IMG/VR virus record: IMGVR_UViG_3300003886_000003
Coordinates: 1-62,043 of that record
From: a virus
Lineage: Duplodnaviria > Caudoviricetes
DNA length: 62,043 nt
Strand: one strand, 5' to 3'
The translations under genes and the position numbers were made by a program. Numbering within the stretch: the stretch's first letter is position 1; the number at the start of each line of letters is the position of its first letter. The notes below the pieces were generated by a model. It was not told the origin of the DNA and did not search any database. It was given only the letters and a program-made list of their open reading frames with translations. Below are positions 8,475 through 15,599 of the stretch, one piece after another.

Positions 8475-8763
8475 AAGCGGCTTTTTTGAGGTCGGTCGGT
8501 TCCTGGGTATGCCATTCGCGGGTTTTTGTGTGCATCCATTTGCGTGCGATGATTTGCAGACCGTTGCCAGTGTCAACGCCGAACGTGAAGACAGTGTAAG
8601 CGCCATCAGTTCGGCGTGTGGTTGTGTGTTCCACTAATACCTCTGAGTTTTTAGCGCTTGTGCCGACTCTCACAGTAACATCGGCTGTATCTTTCGCACC
8701 ATAAGATTTTCCGGTTTTATATATGCAGGAATTGATAACGTTCCATATTGGGTATGATTGCAT
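8473..8763 (-). CDS. Hypothetical early protein
   Basis: CACAACACAACACAAGGA leader; MQSYPIWNVINSCIYK. Confidence 0.7.
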   Translation of the reverse strand: MQSYPIWNVINSCIYKTGKSYGAKDTADVTVRVGTSAKNSEVLVEHTTTRRTDGAYTVFTFGVDTGNGLQIIARKWMHTKTREWHTQEPTDLKKAA

Positions 8764-8797
8764 GATTGTTTTTCCTTGTGTTGTGTTGTGGATGGTA

Positions 8798-8826
8798 ATT
8801 TTATCAGATTTATTTGATAACTGCAA
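8798..8826 (-). promoter_or_regulatory. Sigma70-type promoter with internal inverted repeat
   Basis: TTGCAG-17 nt-TAAAAT; TTATCA-N8-TGATAA (8801-8820) fills the spacer. Confidence 0.6.
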
Positions 8827-8841
8827 TGGATTGTTGACGGA

Positions 8842-9180
8842 CTAGCTTAATTCTATATCAAGTGTGTTGCAAATATCATAAGCCAGGAATTGCGCCGCGC
8901 TATCGTCGTCGCGTTCCAGTAGTCGCCGAACTAACACGGTCAGCGATTCCATCGATATGATACAGTTTAATCGGTTTACCCATAGCGAATCATCATGGGT
9001 ATAACTGTCACCTCTTTCTGGAACGTAACAGGCTTCCAGGTGCCCATCAATTCCTTGATTGACAGCCATCATTATTGTGTCGATGTCCTCTCCCACCATT
9101 GTCATGGTATAGGCTTCACTTTGTGATTCCGTAATTAACTTTTTTAATTCGTTTGACCAATCGCCGCTATAGTATTTCAT
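8842..9180 (-). CDS. Hypothetical acidic early protein
   Basis: CACAACACAGGAG leader. Confidence 0.7.
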   Translation of the reverse strand: MKYYSGDWSNELKKLITESQSEAYTMTMVGEDIDTIMMAVNQGIDGHLEACYVPERGDSYTHDDSLWVNRLNCIISMESLTVLVRRLLERDDDSAAQFLAYDICNTLDIELS

Positions 9181-9238
9181 GGTTAATACTCCTGTGTTGT
9201 GTGTTGTGTTTTAAAAAATTGCAGCCAGTAAGGTAGAA

Positions 9239-9835
9239 CTACCCCCACTGGTCGGCCATCGCCAACGCTATGCCCGAATATGTCTCGCTTCGTAGCTTCC
9301 ATCGGTCAGCCGATGGGCCTAGCTTGTTCTGTCCGCTATCTGTCTGATTCTCCCAACGCGGTAAGCCATTGACTACTCGCGGGGGTATTTCTTCAGTTGG
9401 TTTTAAGTTTGGCAAACCCTTCAACCATAGCCCGGTTCGCTTGCTTGCATTGTGTCCAAACTGATAGGGCTGTATATACTGGTCGGCTTTTCTGATTCGC
9501 GTACCGATACAGCCTACCGGATTTTCAATGCAGACTTTTGGAATATGGCTGGAAAGACGAATTATATCATGGACAAATTGCAGCGCTTTTTCTGTTTTTT
9601 CTTTTCGTCCTGGGGTGCGACCATTCCAGTGTAACCCGCTACTACATAGGTATGTACAGGGTGGATGGATGATCAGCATATCCCATTCATGACGAATCAT
9701 TACTGATAGAACATCATCAACAATATGATATTTTGAATTGTTAAAAAGCAAATCGCATGACCAAGATTTATGGCCAGTCAGTCTAAAGGCATCGCGGACA
9801 ATTCCGCTATGTTCACAACCTATTAATATTTTCAC
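9239..9835 (-). CDS. Short phage DNA cytosine methyltransferase-like protein
   Basis: LIGCEHSG (motif I-like), HPPCT (motif IV PC), IENP (motif VI), KRTGLW. Confidence 0.75.
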   Translation of the reverse strand: MKILIGCEHSGIVRDAFRLTGHKSWSCDLLFNNSKYHIVDDVLSVMIRHEWDMLIIHPPCTYLCSSGLHWNGRTPGRKEKTEKALQFVHDIIRLSSHIPKVCIENPVGCIGTRIRKADQYIQPYQFGHNASKRTGLWLKGLPNLKPTEEIPPRVVNGLPRWENQTDSGQNKLGPSADRWKLRSETYSGIALAMADQWG

Positions 9836-9921
9836 TGGTTAAATTGTCCCCATTAAATAAGCAAAGCCTAGCGAGTATGTCGCAAAAATAATAAACATTA
9901 CTATTTCATCAGCTTTCATTT

Positions 9922-10179
9922 TTATATCTCGCTATTAACAATTTCAGTTATCAGGCTGTCCAGCATGTAGCAATATTCAATACCCGCCGTTGCTTCAGTT
10001 TGGCGACGGATATCACTTGCCTGTCTGATTGCGCGTTCAGTCACATTAAATTTACCATTGATGGGGTATAGGTGGCTTTCATCCTGTTCACGGTAAAGCC
10101 TGTTAATGCAGGCAATGTGTGCGTTGCCGTTAAGGTGATCGGCTTTGTCTGCTATTTGTAATGGTGTCAATTGTTCCAT
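9922..10179 (-). CDS. Hypothetical early protein
   Basis: CACAACACAGGAG leader before ATG 10179. Confidence 0.65.
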   Translation of the reverse strand: MEQLTPLQIADKADHLNGNAHIACINRLYREQDESHLYPINGKFNVTERAIRQASDIRRQTEATAGIEYCYMLDSLITEIVNSEI

Positions 10180-10249
10180 GTTTAGCGCTCCTGTGTTGTG
10201 CTGTGTTTTAATACAATAGCCCCCTTGCACAAGGCTATCATTTAAAACT

Positions 10250-10636
10250 CTAGCGGCCCATGTGAGATATAATGGCTTGTGCTGAGCATTTATAGCCATG
10301 TTTGCGCGTATCTTCCAGCATAATGCAGTTTTTAGGCTTTGCGGTATCAAGACCAATAATGGTAAATACCTTGTTATTCATTTTAACAATTTTTCCCAGC
10401 CATTCAGGGTTCAATTGATAGCTTGCTGCATACAGTTTGAAGTCGTCGCCATGTCTCCCCAGCCCGGTTTTTCCCTTGGTCTGAAATTCTATGGTCATTT
10501 TATAATGACTGTCACCATAGCTCCCAGACTTACGCGTGATAGTAATACCGTGCTCAAGCGCCAACTGTGTTAATAACTCCATTGTATCATCGCCGATTCT
10601 GTTTGCTGTCCGCTTGTCAAAGTTTTCAATTGTCAT
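10250..10636 (-). CDS. Hypothetical early protein
   Basis: CACAACACAGGAG leader. Confidence 0.7.
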   Translation of the reverse strand: MTIENFDKRTANRIGDDTMELLTQLALEHGITITRKSGSYGDSHYKMTIEFQTKGKTGLGRHGDDFKLYAASYQLNPEWLGKIVKMNNKVFTIIGLDTAKPKNCIMLEDTRKHGYKCSAQAIISHMGR

Positions 10637-10663
10637 GGTTAATACTCCTGTGTTGTGTTGTGT

Positions 10664-11023
10664 TTAGAAATACCCCTGATCAGGGTCATGCAATGATTGA
10701 AATAACTCATCATCATCGTATTTTGCATCTTTATTAAATGATAGCTTTGGTAAAATTTCCATGTCCCCCGACCAAAATAGTTTTATACCCCAGTCGCGTT
10801 TTTCTTCCTCTGTCATATTGGTTGTATCTTCGCTGTACGGGGAGTTTTGCTCTGCTATCCAGACATAAATATCTACCCCGCCGAATATGCCGTAGCCATC
10901 ATAGGCAGGTTCACATATCGGCGCACCTTTCGGCTGTATAAGATATACCGGCTTGCTTTCCCCGGTATGCTTGTTTCGTATTGGTTCCTGTGTATCGGCT
11001 GTAGTAAATGAAAAGAATCCCAT
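10664..11023 (-). CDS. Hypothetical early protein
   Basis: AAGGAG RBS; MGFFSF...YDGYGIFGGVDIY...DPDQGYF. Confidence 0.7.
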   Translation of the reverse strand: MGFFSFTTADTQEPIRNKHTGESKPVYLIQPKGAPICEPAYDGYGIFGGVDIYVWIAEQNSPYSEDTTNMTEEEKRDWGIKLFWSGDMEILPKLSFNKDAKYDDDELFQSLHDPDQGYF

Positions 11024-11036
11024 GGTGATTGCTCCT

Positions 11037-11303
11037 TTAGAATTGTAATGATGTTTCGCTAGTGCGTAAGTATTCAGGAACAAGGCTTTTTATGTCTGAA
11101 AACATAGCATAATAGTCGATTCTTCCAATTGTGCCGTCGTCAAATTCGTACGCGTACAACCAATTATGATCGCTGATAAATTTATGGATTATTGCGGTAG
11201 AATATGCCCCCGCCATAAATAGATTGTTATTTGCTTTTTGCATGGCCGTGTTTGCTACTCCTTCAGCTATGCTTTCAATTTCTATTTGATAGTCTGTAGT
11301 CAT
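11037..11303 (-). CDS. Hypothetical early protein
   Basis: CAACACAGGGG leader. Confidence 0.6.
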   Translation of the reverse strand: MTTDYQIEIESIAEGVANTAMQKANNNLFMAGAYSTAIIHKFISDHNWLYAYEFDDGTIGRIDYYAMFSDIKSLVPEYLRTSETSLQF

Positions 11304-11404
11304 GACGTACCCCTGTGTTGTAACGTTTTGAATACAATAACAATAGCCTTGATTAGCACGTAAGCGGCTAAGCCTGTTATAAGGGGATATATAGAATAGT
11401 GCAT
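11300..11404 (-). CDS. 34-aa single-TM peptide, first gene of the early operon
   Basis: CACAACACAGGA leader; MHYSIYPLITGLAAYVLIKAIVIVFK; ATGA overlap with next gene. Confidence 0.5.
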   Translation of the reverse strand: MHYSIYPLITGLAAYVLIKAIVIVFKTLQHRGTS

Positions 11405-11437
11405 TGATATACTTCCTGTGTTGTGCTGTGAGTTTTG

Positions 11438-11467
11438 AGAGTAACACAGGCAGTATACACTTTTCAA
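11438..11467 (-). promoter_or_regulatory. Putative early promoter
   Basis: TTGAAA-18 nt-TACTCT with extended TG; overlapped by AAGTGT repeats. Confidence 0.45.
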
Positions 11468-11886
11468 CACTTTTGTGCATTATCTTACACTTATTTACCT
11501 ATGAAAAAGTCGACACTTTTTTGCCCCCTTCCATATTTTCTGTATGATTTATGTGATGAATGTTAATATTCTATAGGTAATACAGCAAGTTACGCGTGCG
11601 TGTATGCGTACACCTTATAATAACACGCTCCCCGATTGCTGGTTATACCCTCCCCCCGGTACAAATTCCCCCCGGATATCGTGTTAGTGCGCGGCTGTAA
11701 ATTTTGGAAGCACTACCAGGGCGCGGGCTGGCTGGAAATTCCTGGTCATTCGAGATGAAAAGAGTCTCATACAATCGTGTCAGGCTGGGAACAGATATCG
11801 GGGGGAGCAAGGGCCGAGCCTATCTGATCCACCCTATCTCTCGGAGCTACAGAATTCCCGATCCCTGAAGGGAAGTCATCATATAT

Positions 11887-11950
11887 ATCTGATAAAAAAT
11901 TTTTATGCTATCCACAGCAAATCTGACAAAAATTTTTTATTATCCACAGC
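11887..11950 (+). repeat. Tandem imperfect ~31-bp repeats ending in DnaA-box-like 9-mers
   Basis: ATCTGA(T/C)AAAAA..TTTTAT..TATCCACAGC twice; TTATCCACA at 11940-11948. Confidence 0.6.
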
Positions 11951-12018
11951 CACTGAAATTTGACTTGTACACAGTAATTTGCGACGCTCAAAACATCAAA
12001 CAACCAGGAGATGGTGTT

Positions 12019-12189
12019 ATGGCAGACAACGGTTTTCCAGTTCCACAGCGCAAGCCAAGGGTGAAGCGGCTGAGCGGTAGATCGGTTGCTCAAGCAGTGG
12101 CCGGTACGGAACAGCCTTACCCGGTCTATCAGTTTTCACGCAGAGTGTTTGTAGAACGGCCCAAACACAATCCATTCAAGGGGCTGTAA
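12019..12189 (+). CDS. Small basic hypothetical protein
   Basis: AGGAG RBS; abuts the terminase small subunit start. Confidence 0.5.
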   Translation: MADNGFPVPQRKPRVKRLSGRSVAQAVAGTEQPYPVYQFSRRVFVERPKHNPFKGL

Positions 12190-12990
12190 ATGGCCACTAA
12201 AAAACGCGTGGGTGGTGCTCGGAAGAAGACTGTAGAGACAATTACAAAGCGCCTCGGTAGACCCCCCAAAGAGCTGAAGAAACTCGGTAAGGAAACTTGG
12301 GACGAGTTTATATTGATGACCACCAAGGGCACCAAGCGTGCCGTTGCACTGGAAGCGCTGCAAATAACCAAGTACACCTATGATGCTTATTTGATATCGC
12401 ATGTGACGGCAGTTGAACAGGTTCGCCGTGCTGATCAGATATGGCTCAGACGCAACTGGCCGTTGGAGCAGATTGAAGAGATACTGGTGTTGATCGCGAT
12501 GGGCAAGACCATGAAGCAGGCCGGTGAGCTGTTGTTTCTGGACAATGTGGAGATGGTTGGGCTGTATCGAATACTGTTGAAAGACCCGCAGATCAGGAAG
12601 TTGTATGACGAGGCGCGGGAGATGCAGGCTGAGGCGTGGGCTGATGACACGATTGATATTGCTGATGACGGGCGCAATGATACCTACATTAAAGAGAGCC
12701 GGAATGGGACTGAGTACGAGGCGGTGAACTTTGACAACATTCAGCGCAGTAAGCTGCGGGTTGATTCGCGGCGCTGGATCATGGCGCGGCTTCATCATCA
12801 ACGCTTCGGGGATCGGATCAAGCAGGACATTGAAGGGAGCATGGTGGTCAATCATGCCGACCAGTTGACAGCGGCGCGTCAGCGCATGGAGAAGGCCCAC
12901 AAGCAGCGCAAGAAGCTGGGCACTGGCACGCCAGGCAACGTGGTAGACAAGACCATTACTGATCTGCCACCCACCAAGAGTACCCACTGA
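12190..12990 (+). CDS. terS: Terminase small subunit
   Basis: YDEAREMQAEAWADDTIDIADD...RSKLRVDSRRWIMARL...FGD (Sf6-type TerS pattern); directly upstream of TerL. Confidence 0.85.
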   Translation: MATKKRVGGARKKTVETITKRLGRPPKELKKLGKETWDEFILMTTKGTKRAVALEALQITKYTYDAYLISHVTAVEQVRRADQIWLRRNWPLEQIEEILVLIAMGKTMKQAGELLFLDNVEMVGLYRILLKDPQIRKLYDEAREMQAEAWADDTIDIADDGRNDTYIKESRNGTEYEAVNFDNIQRSKLRVDSRRWIMARLHHQRFGDRIKQDIEGSMVVNHADQLTAARQRMEKAHKQRKKLGTGTPGNVVDKTITDLPPTKSTH

Positions 12991-12994
12991 CCCG

Positions 12995-14464
12995 ATGGCT
13001 CGTGCTACGTCCAAGTCGATTGACCAGACTGAGTTCGAGCAGAACCTCCTCGATGACATGGCGCAGTTTTATGATGACTTCCTGGGGTTTGTCTACTACG
13101 CGTTTGAGTGGGGGGTGGGGCAGTTAGAGGACATGGATGGGCCTGATACGTGGCAGGCCGAACAGATGCTCCGGGTAGCTGAGTGTGTCAAGCGTGACCC
13201 GGAGGGAACGATCAGAGAGGCCATCGCAAGCGGGCACGGGATCGGTAAGAGTGCGGAGGTGGCGTGGATCATCCTGTGGGCCATGAGCACCCGGCCCCAT
13301 TTGAACGGGGTGGTGACGGCTAATACAACGACCCAGTTGAACACCAAGACCTGGCGCGAGTTGGCGCTGTGGCACAAGCGGGCCATTAATGCACACTGGT
13401 TCAAGTGGACCGCCACCAAGTTTTTTCATATCGAGCACCCTGAGACATGGTTCGTCGCGGCAACGCCTAATACCGAGCACAACTCGGAGGCATTTGCCGG
13501 GCTGCATGGCACGCACTCTTTGATAATTTATGATGAGGGGAGCGGCATACCGGACAAGATTTATGAGGTGTCCGAGGGCGCGATGACTGATCCCAGGGCG
13601 ATGTGGTTCTTGTTCGGGAACCCAACGAAGAACACCGGTAAGTTTCGGAATGTGTTTGCCAACGATGCACGCTGGGTGACCCACCAGATTGATTCGCGCA
13701 CTTGTAAGATGACCAACAAGACCGAGATTGCTGCCCAGGTTGCGGAGTACGGGGAGGACTCGGATTTTGTGAGGGTCAGGATCAAGGGGCAGTTTCCCCG
13801 CATTGGTTCCATGCAGTTTATATCGAGTGAAGCGGTGGATCGCTGCATGTACTGGGAGGCACCGTATGAGAACTACTATTTGATGCCGATCATTGTCGGG
13901 GTCGATGTGGCACGCTACGGGGACGACAAGACCGTGATCATCGTGCGCCAGGGTCGTAAGATGTTGGAGATACGGAAGTTCATGGAGAAGAGCACCATGG
14001 AAGTGGTGAGCGAGGTCGTCAAGATCATCCGTGAGTACCGACCAGCGGCTGTGTTTGTGGATGGCATTGGTGTGGGGGCCGGGGTGGTTGATCGGCTGCA
14101 CCAGTTGAACCACGATGTGTTTGAAGTGATCGCCAGTCAAAAGGCAACAGATGAAGTGACCTACTATAACAAGCGCATTGAGATGTGGGACAGGATGCGT
14201 GCCTGGATAAAAGCAGGTGCCGACCTGCCCAACGACCCGGACTTGCGGGTGGCGCTGATTGGTATTGAGTACGGGTTTAATGACAAGGAGCAGATGCGCC
14301 TTGAGCGTAAACAGGACATGAAGAAGCGCGGGCTGAACTCGCCGGACGAGGCAGAGGCCATTGCGGTGAGCTTTGCAGAGTTTGTGGGTGAGGTTAATAT
14401 GAACTCATTTGAGCCGGTAGATAATTTTGAGCCGGGTGGTGAAGGGGACATGGAGGCAGCATGA
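12995..14464 (+). CDS. terL: Terminase large subunit
   Basis: Walker A ASGHGIGKS, Walker B IIYDE, GNP coupling motif, nuclease GVDVARYGDD, SPD. Confidence 0.95.
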   Translation: MARATSKSIDQTEFEQNLLDDMAQFYDDFLGFVYYAFEWGVGQLEDMDGPDTWQAEQMLRVAECVKRDPEGTIREAIASGHGIGKSAEVAWIILWAMSTRPHLNGVVTANTTTQLNTKTWRELALWHKRAINAHWFKWTATKFFHIEHPETWFVAATPNTEHNSEAFAGLHGTHSLIIYDEGSGIPDKIYEVSEGAMTDPRAMWFLFGNPTKNTGKFRNVFANDARWVTHQIDSRTCKMTNKTEIAAQVAEYGEDSDFVRVRIKGQFPRIGSMQFISSEAVDRCMYWEAPYENYYLMPIIVGVDVARYGDDKTVIIVRQGRKMLEIRKFMEKSTMEVVSEVVKIIREYRPAAVFVDGIGVGAGVVDRLHQLNHDVFEVIASQKATDEVTYYNKRIEMWDRMRAWIKAGADLPNDPDLRVALIGIEYGFNDKEQMRLERKQDMKKRGLNSPDEAEAIAVSFAEFVGEVNMNSFEPVDNFEPGGEGDMEAA

Positions 14465-14616
14465 GTAAAGTCGCAAACGCCCATGTCATTAATGTGGAGG
14501 CCATACCGAGCGCAGTGCTGAGGCGGCTCATCAAGGAAGTCAGGCTTGAGCAGTGCCCACGCAACACCACGCAGATGTATAACCGGATTCACAATCGGCA
14601 TAACAGGGGCAGATAG
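14461..14616 (+). CDS. 51-aa RiPP-precursor-like peptide (YhhA-type triceptide precursor)
   Basis: GGAGG RBS, ATGA overlap with terL; MSKVANAHVINVEAIPSAVLRRLIKEVRLEQCPRNTTQMYNRIHNRHNRGR; absent from the ORF track. Confidence 0.75.
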   Translation: MSKVANAHVINVEAIPSAVLRRLIKEVRLEQCPRNTTQMYNRIHNRHNRGR

Positions 14617-14617
14617 C

Positions 14618-14791
14618 ATGGAGTGGGACATGGTTGAGGGAGAGAGGGCGTGGTACGTGCTACCGGTGGAGCCGGGGCACTTTCTGGACCCTGATGGACT
14701 GTGTGCCTGCTGTAAGCCGATTGTTGAGCGCTTTGACAGGGACGGCTCACCCTGGCCCAAGCCACTGGTATTTCACGGGGCCAAGCATTGA
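14618..14791 (+). CDS. Small His/Cys protein
   Basis: H...CACCKP...H motif; operon spacing. Confidence 0.6.
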   Translation: MEWDMVEGERAWYVLPVEPGHFLDPDGLCACCKPIVERFDRDGSPWPKPLVFHGAKH

Positions 14792-15132
14792 ACGTCGAGC
14801 TGCCAAAGGGTCTGACGCCTGAGCAGAAGGTGATGGCTGAGGAAGTGCTGCACCGGGACGAGAGTGCGATTATATTGCCCCCCGGTGTAGAAGGGGGTAA
14901 GCTGCCCGGCATTGAGAGTATGGTGGCCGTGTATCATATTGGGCCACTGGGTTGCCAAAAGGTGGCGTTTTACTACACGCACATGCTGGATCAGGCGAGT
15001 GGTGAGATGCCGACGGCGACACGGGCCAAGTTCCCCGATGGCCGAAGACCTGACCGGGGACAGCCGATGCTTTGTGGGACGTGCAACGCGCATGTGAACC
15101 TGATGTGTGACTTGAAGTGGGGGAAGCTGTGA
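14788..15132 (+). CDS. Hypothetical protein
   Basis: H....C and CGTC motifs; overlapping start/stop. Confidence 0.6.
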   Translation: MNVELPKGLTPEQKVMAEEVLHRDESAIILPPGVEGGKLPGIESMVAVYHIGPLGCQKVAFYYTHMLDQASGEMPTATRAKFPDGRRPDRGQPMLCGTCNAHVNLMCDLKWGKL

Positions 15133-15596
15133 ATAGTCCAAGAGCGATCATTATGCCCAACGCCGCCGGTCAGTTTGGCCGGGAGATTACGGCAGACCAC
15201 AATGAAATCAACATCCTTGAGACTGATGATGTCAAGTTTGGCAAGCTGGAAATGTGGATCGCCAAGCAGATTGGTGCATCACTCGTGCAGCACTATCCCA
15301 ACCGGCAGTGGGGGGTAAAAGTAGACTGTCCGGCACAGATGATGGTGGTTTCATGCAATTCTGTGTCCTACAATAAGGGCTACCACATATCGATGCACTT
15401 GCGAAATGTTGAAGAACTGCAGCGACGTGCTATACTCGCCGCAGGAGAAATCCTTGAGCGCCACGATATCTCACGTGCTCGACGATTTGATGCCGACATC
15501 TTGGAAACGTTACCGAGGAATCATAAAGACGATGTAATAGTCAAAGACGGTAGTGCAGACCCGGTGCCCATAAACGTCAAACCGGCGCGAGATTGA
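15129..15596 (+). CDS. Hypothetical protein upstream of portal
   Basis: GTGA overlap; L..HYP...W.V...ILAAGEILER pattern. Confidence 0.7.
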   Translation: MNSPRAIIMPNAAGQFGREITADHNEINILETDDVKFGKLEMWIAKQIGASLVQHYPNRQWGVKVDCPAQMMVVSCNSVSYNKGYHISMHLRNVEELQRRAILAAGEILERHDISRARRFDADILETLPRNHKDDVIVKDGSADPVPINVKPARD

Positions 15597-15599
15597 GAT

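Larger units (their letters stand above)
7883..8485. repeat. 85-bp perfect direct repeat (7883-7967 and 8401-8485) flanking one gene
   Basis: Exact match; each copy holds a stop codon, a hammerhead and a CACAACACA leader. Confidence 0.95.

Noticed and set aside
7883-8485. CRISPR array or autonomous retroelement
   Set aside because: Only two 85-bp copies separated by a full gene; no cas genes or reverse transcriptase recognised
4020-9912. Additional hammerheads at other minus-strand CTGATGA matches (about 4022, 4685, 6095, 9906)
   Set aside because: No stem II/GAAA/stem III follows; they lie in coding sequence or stop/start overlaps
11037-11303. Ocr-like anti-restriction DNA mimic
   Set aside because: Position fits and there is a faint IH...D resemblance, but the protein is not strongly acidic; unsupported without a profile search
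12136-14760. Long antisense ORFs (12136..13059, 13124..14140, 14164..14760) and similar shadows elsewhere
   Set aside because: Opposite well-supported genes, with no motifs or RBS; explained by codon bias
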